This document shows, piece after piece, positions 27,163 through 36,272 of a stretch of DNA of 44,535 nucleotides (its first letter is position 1; each line of letters begins with the position of its first letter). The DNA is from a virus. Taxonomy: Duplodnaviria > Caudoviricetes. The stretch covers positions 1-44,535 of the IMG/VR virus record IMGVR_UViG_3300033067_001518; one strand, given 5' to 3'. Below the pieces are notes generated by a model, which searched no databases, was not told where the DNA came from, and saw nothing but the letters and a program-made list of their open reading frames with translations. The translations under genes and the position numbers were made by a program.

Positions 27163-28298
27163 TGGGACTTCGTGAATTTTTAATGGGTGCTCAACAAGGA
27201 TCTGAAGGTGCTACTCAGTTTGCAAAGACTGCGCAGGAGATGAGACAACAGGCAGCGAGTAAAGATCTTGCTGCTCAGTTACCGGGCCTATCAGAAAAAT
27301 TTCGTATGGCATCACCTGAAGAACAGGGTCGCATATCTGGAGAGATTGGTGGTCAGGATATTTTGGCTGGTGGAACTAAAAATCCGATGATTGAGCAGAT
27401 TGCTAAACTTGGTTTTGGATCAACTACATCAGATGTTCTAACACCAGATCAACTTGTATCTACTTATGGACTATCCCCTGAAAAAGCACAAGCAATTGGG
27501 TCACTTAAAACTCAAAAAGCACAACAAGCAGCACTTGGATATGGGCAAAAGGAAACTTTAGCAAAAACTAAAGAGGCAGGAGTTCAAGGAAGATTTGAAG
27601 AATCTTTAGGTGAGAGAAAAACAACTCGTGGGATTAAAAACTACGCTGATTTCAATAAAGACCTAGAGGGTGCTGAGGTTAAATTTGAAGATGCATCAAA
27701 AGGACTTGCATCTTCTCTTGCTCAGTTTAAGAAAAATCCAAACAAAGGTTCATTGCAGCAATTGGCAGTATCTATGGCAAGAGCCGGTGGAGATACTGGA
27801 GTTTTGTCAAATATGGATATGGCCGCTTATAAACTAAGCACAATGCCACAAGAGATTAAACAAATGATTTCATGGGCATATGATCTTCCAGAAGATGCAA
27901 TAACTCCAAGTGTTCAAAAAGCTTTAACTAATATGGCAGAATTTGGTTTATCACAGTCAGAAAAGAGAAAAGAAGATAGACTTAAAAATCTTTTTAAGAA
28001 CAACGTTTCTATTTATGGAAAAGAATTTCTTAAGGGTGAAAAGCCTGACGTTCTTAAGAATTGGGAAAAGAGACTTGGAATGGAAGCCTCTATTGATAAG
28101 AGTGGTGTTTCCGTTGGTCATAAAGCTAGAACGTTTACCGGTAAAGCAAATGATGTTATGTCTGCTGCTATTGCAACTAAGAACAAAAAAGTTATTGATG
28201 CTGTATCATCTAAGTTAAACCAATTGCCGGAAGGTAAAGATATTGGCGATAAGGCTGAATCAGCATTAATGGATTACATTAAAAAGGGTGCTCAATAA
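27162..28298 (+). CDS. Putative DNA ejection protein
   Basis: Helical, second of three TAATG-coupled genes. Confidence 0.6.
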   Translation: MGLREFLMGAQQGSEGATQFAKTAQEMRQQAASKDLAAQLPGLSEKFRMASPEEQGRISGEIGGQDILAGGTKNPMIEQIAKLGFGSTTSDVLTPDQLVSTYGLSPEKAQAIGSLKTQKAQQAALGYGQKETLAKTKEAGVQGRFEESLGERKTTRGIKNYADFNKDLEGAEVKFEDASKGLASSLAQFKKNPNKGSLQQLAVSMARAGGDTGVLSNMDMAAYKLSTMPQEIKQMISWAYDLPEDAITPSVQKALTNMAEFGLSQSEKRKEDRLKNLFKNNVSIYGKEFLKGEKPDVLKNWEKRLGMEASIDKSGVSVGHKARTFTGKANDVMSAAIATKNKKVIDAVSSKLNQLPEGKDIGDKAESALMDYIKKGAQ

Positions 28299-30163
28299 TG
28301 CCTAGTGAATTAGACAATATTAATCTAACAGATGAGCCAACAAAACCGGTTGATTCTTCTACAAAAGACTTTGGTATGAAGGAAAGATTAATTGCTACTT
28401 TATTATTTGATACTCAACCAAAACGCAGGGCTGCTTTTGTTGAAAGATTTGGATATGAGTTAAATCCAAAAGACGACAATTTAATTAAGCCAATTGGTGC
28501 AGATGATGAACAATACTTTCCAATAGATCCAGGTGGAATATTTGATTTCAAGAAGTATGGCAAAACAGGAAAAATGCCAAGCACATTTGGGCAGGGTATG
28601 CTTGAGAGTGTTATTGATATTTTAGAAGGTGCTTCTGATGTTGCGCAAGGAACTGCAATTGAAGCAGGTGGAGATGTCAGTGCTGTCGGTGGACCGGTGG
28701 CTCTTGCTGCTGGTCGTGGAGCAGGAAGAATGGCAACATTTAATGCTATAGAAAGTGCAAAGGATGCGATTGGTAATATATTTTTAGATAAAGAAATACC
28801 AGTTGATTACGGCATTAGAGCGACTCAATCCGCAATTCAAGCAGTTGGACCAGAAGCACTAAGTGGTGCTGTTTCAAAAGGTAAAGATATTTTAAGCGGA
28901 ACTGCAAAGCTAGTATCAAAAGGCGTTAGAAATCTTTTAAATATTGGTGACGGTACAATTGGAAATCAGGCATGGAATGCAATCATTAAAAATCCAGAAA
29001 TAGTTGCAGATGAAAACAAGCTAGTGAAAGCAGGATCAGGACTTGATTCCTCTGTTGAGCAATTGATAGGTGGTCACAATAAATCTACTGCTGACTTTTC
29101 AAATACTGCATACCAAAGAAAGATGAACGAGCTTGAACCACTAAGAAAGTTAGAAGCAGAAAAGCTTTCAATGGATAGAAACTTAGATGCTCCAATAGAT
29201 AAAATTATAAATCTTTTTGAATCAGCTAAACTTGATTTAGCTAGACCAGATATTAAATCACAATCAAGAAAAGATGGTATTGCATATCTTCAGAACCACA
29301 TTGATTCATTGAAATCTGCAAGAGAATCTATGTCTGGAAATCTTCCTGGACCAGAAGCTGGAAGATATAACTTTGGGCAAGTTGATGAGATGGTTAAAGA
29401 GCTTCAAAAAGATTTATACAGCAAGAAAACTCTTAACGTTGATTGGAGAGATGCCATAAAGAAGGTTGTAGATGGAGATGGTGGATTAAACACGCTACTC
29501 AAGAATGCTGCAACAAATGCTGGATCACCATATGCTAGTATTAAACAGCAAGAATCAAAACTATTCAGTGCGTTTGAAGATAATGTCCAGAATATTGACG
29601 CTGCAAAAGTTAGAAGATTTACAATGGGTGATGATCTAATGTCACCAAAAGGAACAAGCACAGATACCACTGCTAGATTATTTAGAGAATCTGTAGCTAA
29701 GACTGACGATGCACTTGGGACTGATTTCTACAATCAATTTAGAACAGGTCAGATCCAAAATAAATATTGGGAGCAACTCAATAAGCAAGGTCCAAGAGGA
29801 TCTGGTGGATCATTAATTCCTGCACTAGCAGCAGGTTCCACTGTCGGTGGTGCTGTTGCAAGCAAAACAGGATCTCCTGGACTTGGATTTGTAGCAGGTG
29901 GATTGGCTGCAGCTCCAGTGTATGCACTAACTCAACCAAGGTTCGGAACAAAAACTGCTGTTGGTGCTGCTAAACTAGGAAATGCAATAGAAGGAATTGG
30001 TGTACCAGAAGCTTTACAACCATCTGCAGACATGGCAAAAATGTTAGCAACTCGTGGTATTGCTCAAGGAGTTGAAGGTGAAGATAGGTCTAAGCCACAG
30101 GAATTAAGCATTAATGATATAAATCTTAATGATGAATTAAGTAATATAGATTTGAACCAATAA
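28298..30163 (+). CDS. Putative DNA ejection protein (large)
   Basis: Gly/Ala-rich membrane-like patches, 621 aa. Confidence 0.6.
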   Translation: MPSELDNINLTDEPTKPVDSSTKDFGMKERLIATLLFDTQPKRRAAFVERFGYELNPKDDNLIKPIGADDEQYFPIDPGGIFDFKKYGKTGKMPSTFGQGMLESVIDILEGASDVAQGTAIEAGGDVSAVGGPVALAAGRGAGRMATFNAIESAKDAIGNIFLDKEIPVDYGIRATQSAIQAVGPEALSGAVSKGKDILSGTAKLVSKGVRNLLNIGDGTIGNQAWNAIIKNPEIVADENKLVKAGSGLDSSVEQLIGGHNKSTADFSNTAYQRKMNELEPLRKLEAEKLSMDRNLDAPIDKIINLFESAKLDLARPDIKSQSRKDGIAYLQNHIDSLKSARESMSGNLPGPEAGRYNFGQVDEMVKELQKDLYSKKTLNVDWRDAIKKVVDGDGGLNTLLKNAATNAGSPYASIKQQESKLFSAFEDNVQNIDAAKVRRFTMGDDLMSPKGTSTDTTARLFRESVAKTDDALGTDFYNQFRTGQIQNKYWEQLNKQGPRGSGGSLIPALAAGSTVGGAVASKTGSPGLGFVAGGLAAAPVYALTQPRFGTKTAVGAAKLGNAIEGIGVPEALQPSADMAKMLATRGIAQGVEGEDRSKPQELSINDINLNDELSNIDLNQ

Positions 30164-30164
30164 T

Positions 30165-30647
30165 ATGATCGACATAACAGTATCATTCAACGAAGACGTT
30201 GATCCATCATCACTAGAACAAATGAACAAACTACCAAAGAAGATATTTGAGTGGGTTTGCTACACAATGAATCAAGGTGGATATGTTCCACATATTTATG
30301 AAATAGACAGTAAATCTTTGCGCTTTGTGATTAGAACTGTTGCTGGTACAAAGACAAAACTTAGTTTCCAAAACCAGATTAAGATTGCATCAGTTGCAAA
30401 TCATCTATTCAAAGTTAAACAGCGAGTTTGGCCCATTGCCATAATGAGAGATCTTTGCGGAAATCAGTTCCTAGACTTCTGGAAGATCACAGTTACAGGA
30501 GAACCAAGAGGAGTTGAAGATCACATTGACAGAGAAGATGATGATCTGTTTGAAGAAGATGATGATTCTACCACATCGTATCTTCCTGAATCAGATCTCC
30601 TTCAACTTCCCCAAGAATGCTCTCCTCGTGAACTACACATGTCTTAA
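30165..30647 (+). CDS. Hypothetical protein with acidic tail
   Basis: TAA-T-ATG junction; last 80 nt overlap the convergent gene. Confidence 0.6.
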   Translation: MIDITVSFNEDVDPSSLEQMNKLPKKIFEWVCYTMNQGGYVPHIYEIDSKSLRFVIRTVAGTKTKLSFQNQIKIASVANHLFKVKQRVWPIAIMRDLCGNQFLDFWKITVTGEPRGVEDHIDREDDDLFEEDDDSTTSYLPESDLLQLPQECSPRELHMS

Positions 30648-30945
30648 CTTTTCCGTCCACCTCGTCAGAAAATTTATGTAAAAAAGCATAATCTGGATCG
30701 TCTTTGTATTTATCCCACAGATCCAAATCTACCGGCTCTAGCTCAAATCCATCACTTATCAAAAGATGCTGTCCTTTTTTCCATTCCATCCTGCAGTCTG
30801 ATGCACTGCTTAATACCCATACGTCCTCAGCTCTAGTTAGCATCCCACGGCTACTATCTGGCACATACAGTCCAGATTTTGTTCTAAGTCTTGATCTTTC
30901 TCGTACTGCGAAAACAAACATTCGTCTTTTAAGTGGTTTTTCCAT
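30568..30945 (-). CDS. GroES-like co-chaperonin (divergent)
   Basis: KPLKRRMFV...RTKSGLYVPDS and VVHEESILG match the GroES PLxDRVxV, KTxSGLxIP and xxxESDILx patterns. Confidence 0.65.
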   Translation of the reverse strand: MEKPLKRRMFVFAVRERSRLRTKSGLYVPDSSRGMLTRAEDVWVLSSASDCRMEWKKGQHLLISDGFELEPVDLDLWDKYKDDPDYAFLHKFSDEVDGKVKTCVVHEESILGEVEGDLIQEDTMW

Positions 30946-31037
30946 ATTCTGTTTTTATAGAATATCTATTTGATTGCCAATAAAATTTTGATTTATTAGT
31001 CTTTTTGTTAGCATAATAATGATAGAGGAAACACTAA

Positions 31038-31361
31038 ATGAACGAAAAACTATCTACTCCATTAGATTTATCAGCTTCGACTGAATCTCAGGTTTTTGAC
31101 ATTACAAAATGTAGTGGTTTTGCAGTTCAGTTGGTTTGGACTGGATCTCCTACTGGTACAGCTAAGATTCAAGGTTCATTAAATGGAACTGTTTTCTCTG
31201 ATATTGCTTCTGCATCAGTTGCAACTGGCGGATCATCTGGTGACTTCTTATTTAACACTTCTGATTTAGTTCACTATCACCACATTAAAATTATATACAC
31301 TAGTACATCTGGTACAGGATCAATGGACGTGTGGGTTGGTGGAAAAGAGCAATCAATTTAA
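31038..31361 (+). CDS. Small beta-sandwich virion/fibre-associated protein
   Basis: FAVQLVWTG...KIQGSLNG...GKEQ; paralogous to N-terminus of 33383..34174. Confidence 0.7.
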   Translation: MNEKLSTPLDLSASTESQVFDITKCSGFAVQLVWTGSPTGTAKIQGSLNGTVFSDIASASVATGGSSGDFLFNTSDLVHYHHIKIIYTSTSGTGSMDVWVGGKEQSI

Positions 31362-31960
31362 TGAAAAAAATATTATTACCACTATTAATATCATTATTCT
31401 TATCAACTGCTAATTCCAGTGAGATTAGAAATATTGGTTCAAGCAGTGCTATAACATTTCCAACATTTGCAGACATGCTTTTGTTCCCATCTCCACCAGA
31501 TGGTTTACTAGCAGTTACTCTTGATACTCATGAATTATATATGTGGGATCAGAGCATCACAACATTTACACTAGTAAATGCAGGTGGAGGAGGAGGTGGA
31601 ACATGGGGATCAATTACTGGTACTCTTTCAAGTCAGACAGATCTTCAGAATGAACTTAATGCAAAATCAAATATTCGTACTGTAAATACAGTATCTGCAA
31701 ACTTTACTATTCCATCTTTAACTTCTGACTATATATTAAATGTAGATTCTACTGGTGGATCGGTTACAATAACAATTCCTAGTTCATCATTATCAGGAAC
31801 ATATTGCATAGATGTTAAAAACATTGGAAGTCCAGCAACAGATGTTGTTTTAGATCCAGTTGGATCTCAAACAATTGACGGTAATTTAACTTTCACAGAG
31901 ACAGACGGAAATGAATCAGTTCGTCTTTGTCCATTAACAAGTAACTGGTTCATTTATTAA
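31361..31960 (+). CDS. Fibre-like protein with predicted signal peptide
   Basis: Start at TAATG overlap; MKKILLPLLISLFLSTANS; GGGGGTWGSITGTLSSQTDLQNEL motif; GSQTIDG C-terminal domain. Confidence 0.75.
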   Translation: MKKILLPLLISLFLSTANSSEIRNIGSSSAITFPTFADMLLFPSPPDGLLAVTLDTHELYMWDQSITTFTLVNAGGGGGGTWGSITGTLSSQTDLQNELNAKSNIRTVNTVSANFTIPSLTSDYILNVDSTGGSVTITIPSSSLSGTYCIDVKNIGSPATDVVLDPVGSQTIDGNLTFTETDGNESVRLCPLTSNWFIY

Positions 31961-31970
31961 GGAGAAAATC

Positions 31971-32792
31971 ATGAAGATCACTTCGGCGTTAGTATTATTG
32001 TTTATCTTGAGCACAAATGCTCTTGCTGCTTATAACCAAACACCATTTGCAGTAACTAAGGGTGGAACAGGAACCACGACAAGCACAGGTTCTGGTTCTG
32101 TTGTTTTATCAACCTCACCTACATTAGTAACTCCAGCTCTTGGTACTCCAAGTGCTTTGGTAGGTACTAACATCACAGGAACGGCTTCTGGACTGACTGC
32201 TGGCAACGTAACAACCAATGCTAACTTAACTGGTGCTGTTACATCTACAGGAAATGCCACATCACTTGGTTCTTTCTCTAGTGCAAATCTTAGTGGTGCA
32301 GTTAGTGATGAAACAGGATCTGGTGCAGCTGTGTTTGCAACATCTCCAGTTTTTACAACTCCAAACATTGGATCAGCTACTGGTAGCGTTTCTGGTAATG
32401 CTGGAACTGCAACAGCACTTCAAACAGCTCGTACAATCAATGGTGTTTCTTTTGATGGTACTGCAAACATTACCATTACTGCAGCTCAAGCAAATATGAA
32501 TGTTGTTGATGGTGGAGATGCAGCATATTCAATCCTTGCTGCAAATAATGTTGTTAGAACATCTACAACACTTACTGCAAATAGAGCTTACACTCTTCCA
32601 CTTTGTACCGGTTCAAACATTGGTGAAAAACACTATGTTAAAAATCTTCCTGCTCAAACATTTAACATTGTTTTGACTGCTGCTGGATCTGATTTGATTG
32701 ATGGATCTGCAACAACAACATTACTCCCTGGTGATTCTGCAACTGTTATTTGTGGTGCATTCTCAACAGATGGAACTTGGGACCTTAACTAA
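31971..32792 (+). CDS. Fibre protein with predicted signal peptide
   Basis: AAGGAG SD; MKITSALVLLFILSTNALA; ATALQTARTINGVSFDGTANIT tail-fibre motif. Confidence 0.8.
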   Translation: MKITSALVLLFILSTNALAAYNQTPFAVTKGGTGTTTSTGSGSVVLSTSPTLVTPALGTPSALVGTNITGTASGLTAGNVTTNANLTGAVTSTGNATSLGSFSSANLSGAVSDETGSGAAVFATSPVFTTPNIGSATGSVSGNAGTATALQTARTINGVSFDGTANITITAAQANMNVVDGGDAAYSILAANNVVRTSTTLTANRAYTLPLCTGSNIGEKHYVKNLPAQTFNIVLTAAGSDLIDGSATTTLLPGDSATVICGAFSTDGTWDLN

Positions 32793-32815
32793 TTAACAAA
32801 AGAAGCGGTTGGATA

Positions 32816-33376
32816 ATGAAAAACATAATAATCATTTTATCTATACTTTATTATTCAACCGCATCTGCTGGTTATTTTAATAAACCAAAGAGTGCAAGTA
32901 TCGGATCTCTTCAATGGATTGAAGCAGGTGCTGCTCCAATTACAGCTGTAGATTCTGTAAACAACAGAATATTTTCATTTGTATCTTCATTGTCTCAAAA
33001 CTTATATACATCTATCAACGTTCCTGATTCATATGTTCCAGGAAAACAAATTAAAATGTCTCTCAAGTTTTATAGTCCAGACTCAAGTGGAACAGCTCTA
33101 CTAACTGCTGTTTCAACTCTTATTAGAACTGGCACTGATGCGATCACAAGTACAACTAACCAAAGAACATCTACTAACTCTGCTATTACATTATCTGGTG
33201 GAACCGTTAATATTCCTCAGTCTGTAATTTTTGATCTTACTAGCTCAACAGGAACGATTAACAGTGTTGCTGTTTCTGCTGGTAGTACAATTTTAATAAA
33301 TTTAAGTCGTGGTTCTGATACAGCTGCATCTGACCTTAGTTCTTTAATCTATAACGCTGAGGTAATTACTCAATGA
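32816..33376 (+). CDS. Stand-alone fibre head domain with predicted signal peptide
   Basis: MKNIIIILSILYYSTASA; colinear with the C-terminal domain of 17190..18710. Confidence 0.8.
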   Translation: MKNIIIILSILYYSTASAGYFNKPKSASIGSLQWIEAGAAPITAVDSVNNRIFSFVSSLSQNLYTSINVPDSYVPGKQIKMSLKFYSPDSSGTALLTAVSTLIRTGTDAITSTTNQRTSTNSAITLSGGTVNIPQSVIFDLTSSTGTINSVAVSAGSTILINLSRGSDTAASDLSSLIYNAEVITQ

Positions 33377-33382
33377 GGTACA

Positions 33383-34174
33383 ATGCTAACTAGATCAATA
33401 GATAATGTATCTACATCAACAAGCATTGTTGGATATGAGATAGATCTATACTGGGTTTACGTTTGGGCTGTTCAATTTATTTGGGATGGAACAACAAATG
33501 GAACAGTAAAGATCCAGGGTACTGTTGACGGTGAAACTTGGAATGATATTGCAGGAACATCATTTCCAACCGGTGGTGCTCCAGGTGGATACTTTTTCAA
33601 TGCCAGTGCATTGGTTGGATATATGGGAATTAGACCTGTATACACAAGAACAAGTGGATCTGGAACATTAAGTTGTTTCATTTCAGGTAAAGAACAGACT
33701 GTAACAAGTGAAAATGCAGCATCGTTTATCGATGTAGGAGAAAAATATGTCAGGACGTCAAGATTTGCTACGATTAGCTCGGGAACAAGCGGAACAATTA
33801 CACTCCCACCAAACTCGCAAGTTGTACTTGACGACTTCGGAGGCTCGACGGACGCCGTTCTCAGTAAAATTGTCTCTGGGAAGCCGAATTATGAAAATGT
33901 TAAAACCGTTGGCTTCACCGTTATCGCTACTAGCTTTGACAGTGCTGGTAATTATAGCATTACTGGTACGCCATCTTCTTATCCAATAGCAATTATTTAT
34001 AGAGTCCGTCAGCAAATTAAGGATTTTGATTCAACATCATCTGATATACTTGGTGGAGTTGATTTTGATTCTGGACCTGGAAGTTATTTAACATCTAATA
34101 TTGATGGAGGAAAATCAAACTCTACTTATGGTGGTACAATACCTATCGATGGTGGAAGTTCGACATCATTTTAA
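33383..34174 (+). CDS. Fibre-associated two-domain protein
   Basis: N-domain like 31038..31361; ends NIDGG...IDGG. Confidence 0.7.
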   Translation: MLTRSIDNVSTSTSIVGYEIDLYWVYVWAVQFIWDGTTNGTVKIQGTVDGETWNDIAGTSFPTGGAPGGYFFNASALVGYMGIRPVYTRTSGSGTLSCFISGKEQTVTSENAASFIDVGEKYVRTSRFATISSGTSGTITLPPNSQVVLDDFGGSTDAVLSKIVSGKPNYENVKTVGFTVIATSFDSAGNYSITGTPSSYPIAIIYRVRQQIKDFDSTSSDILGGVDFDSGPGSYLTSNIDGGKSNSTYGGTIPIDGGSSTSF

Positions 34175-34183
34175 GGAATAAAT

Positions 34184-34597
34184 ATGGCACAACAAATTCA
34201 AATAAGAAGAGATACTGCTGCAAACTGGACATTAAATAATCCTACTCTTGCAGATGGTGAGATGGGAAGAGAAACTGATACTGCTCTTTTTAAGTTTGGT
34301 AATGGAGTAACAGCATGGAACTCTCTTGCTTATGGTGGTCTTAGTGGGACAAATGGTACTAATGGAACTAACGGTACAAATGGATCTACATGGAGAACTG
34401 GTATTGGAGTACCATCAAATGGTCTTGGTTCAAATGGCGATTACTATATGAATATTTCGACATCAGACTATTATTTAAAATCAGGTGGAATTTATTCAGT
34501 TGAAGGAAACCTTAACACAACAAACACAAATCTTGACTGTGGAAATGCAACATCAAATTATGGTGCATCTATGGTTTATGATTGTGGAGGAGCTTAA
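34184..34597 (+). CDS. Mtd_N-like (major tropism determinant/hyaluronidase N-terminal) domain protein
   Basis: QIRRDTAANWTLNNPTLADGEMGRETDT...KFGNGVTAWNSLAY; (TNG)4 spacer. Confidence 0.85.
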   Translation: MAQQIQIRRDTAANWTLNNPTLADGEMGRETDTALFKFGNGVTAWNSLAYGGLSGTNGTNGTNGTNGSTWRTGIGVPSNGLGSNGDYYMNISTSDYYLKSGGIYSVEGNLNTTNTNLDCGNATSNYGASMVYDCGGA

Positions 34598-34599
34598 TC

Positions 34600-35805
34600 A
34601 TGGCAATAAAATTTCAATTCAGACGTGACACTACGGCAAACTGGTCTAGCGCAAATCCAATTCTTTCAGATGGAGAATTTGGTCTTGATACAACACTTGA
34701 TCAATTTAAAATTGGTGATGGCGTAACTGCTTACAACTCACTTCCTTACGGAGGAATCACTGGCCCTGCTCAAACAAATCCAATAATGGGTTATGGATCA
34801 GGAACAGACGGTGATGTTACTTTGAGTGCAGGTATCACGACACTCACTAGAAACATGTACTACAATAATTTGACGTTGACTGGAACAGCTCGAATTAACG
34901 TAGCTAGTTATAAAATTTTTATTAAAGGAACTTTTGACATCACAGCAGCAGGTGTTGGTGCAATTTACAATGAGGGTATTGATGGAACAAATGCTGCAAC
35001 ACAAACTGGTGGTGCTGCTGGTGCTGCAATTGTGGCAACAGTAAATGGTGCTTCAACTGCTGGATCAGTAGGGCAAACTGGAGTTATTGGTGTTGGGGCT
35101 ACTTCTGCTGCAGCTGTCGCTTGTAGCCCGGGAAATGGCGGAGGAAATGCGCTAAATGGAGCAGGTGGCGCAGGTGTATCTGGAGCTGGTGGAGCAGGTA
35201 GTGCTCTTGTTGTTCCAGTAACTCCACTTCCTGTGAATCATTTTCAAACAGATCTATCTAGAGGATTAGCACTTATTCAAGGTGGTACAGGTGGACGCGG
35301 TGGTGCATCAGGAGCTGGTGATGGTGTAGTGCTTGGACGAGGAGGCGGAGGTGGTGGTTCAGGTGGAGGTATTGTGCAAATTTTTGCACGAAAAATTAAT
35401 CGTAGTGGATCAACTCCTGCTGGTTGTATTTCTGTTCACGGTGGACGAGGTGGTAACGGTGCTTCTGCTGTAGCAGGAAATACAGGTGGCGGTGGCGGAG
35501 CGAGTGGAGCAGGTGGTGGTTGGATTTATTTAGCATATGATGAATTACTCGGAACTACTGCAACAAACTGTCTTGATGCTTCAGGTGGTGATGGTGGTGC
35601 AGGTGGAAATGGTTTTGGTACTGGCTTTGGTGGAAGCGGCGGTCAAGGTGCTTCTGGTGGACGCATCACTGTTGTCAACCCAATCAACAGAACTGGTTCT
35701 GAAACTGTTGGAAATCATGCTATTGGAGGATCTCTTGGAGGTACAGGTATTGTAAACACAGGTGGATCTGCTGGAGCAGGTGAATTACTAAGAGTTAGCT
35801 TATAA
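34600..35805 (+). CDS. Mtd_N-like domain plus glycine-rich fibre
   Basis: QFRRDTTANWSSANPILSDGEFG...KIGDGVTAYNSLPY; YGSGTDGD then Gly-rich tracts; GGAGG SD before ATG 34600. Confidence 0.85.
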   Translation: MAIKFQFRRDTTANWSSANPILSDGEFGLDTTLDQFKIGDGVTAYNSLPYGGITGPAQTNPIMGYGSGTDGDVTLSAGITTLTRNMYYNNLTLTGTARINVASYKIFIKGTFDITAAGVGAIYNEGIDGTNAATQTGGAAGAAIVATVNGASTAGSVGQTGVIGVGATSAAAVACSPGNGGGNALNGAGGAGVSGAGGAGSALVVPVTPLPVNHFQTDLSRGLALIQGGTGGRGGASGAGDGVVLGRGGGGGGSGGGIVQIFARKINRSGSTPAGCISVHGGRGGNGASAVAGNTGGGGGASGAGGGWIYLAYDELLGTTATNCLDASGGDGGAGGNGFGTGFGGSGGQGASGGRITVVNPINRTGSETVGNHAIGGSLGGTGIVNTGGSAGAGELLRVSL

Positions 35806-35813
35806 GGAGAATT

Positions 35814-36272
35814 ATGATAACAAGAAATATTGTAAATCATTTGAATGAAATAGTTGGAACAATGAGTTTTGAAGATGGTACTTCTGAGAATGTAATATCA
35901 GCTAAATTACTTCCTTACACTATAGCTCCATATGTTGATTCAGACTCATATTTAAAATTTTCAATTATTGAAAGAAAAAAATTCGCAGATGATCTTTTAG
36001 AAAGATTCAAGCTTAAAAATATTAAAGATGGGATCAATGCTGTTCAAGGTATGCATATGCATCATATTTTACGCGCTTATCCAGTAACATTTTCAGGTCA
36101 AAGTTTCACAATCGATATCATGAACCTTGCAATTAGCGGTGATCTTGAAATTGCATGTCTTTCTTTGTTGTATGGATACACTGACGATATGTCACAATCT
36201 TATCATTGGATGAGCGCAGATCGTAAGACGTGGCTGATTAATGAATTAAAATCATTTTTGGGATGGATTTAA
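35814..36272 (+). CDS. Hypothetical protein, possible fibre assembly factor
   Basis: AAGGAG SD; directly after the Gly-rich fibre. Confidence 0.7.
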   Translation: MITRNIVNHLNEIVGTMSFEDGTSENVISAKLLPYTIAPYVDSDSYLKFSIIERKKFADDLLERFKLKNIKDGINAVQGMHMHHILRAYPVTFSGQSFTIDIMNLAISGDLEIACLSLLYGYTDDMSQSYHWMSADRKTWLINELKSFLGWI

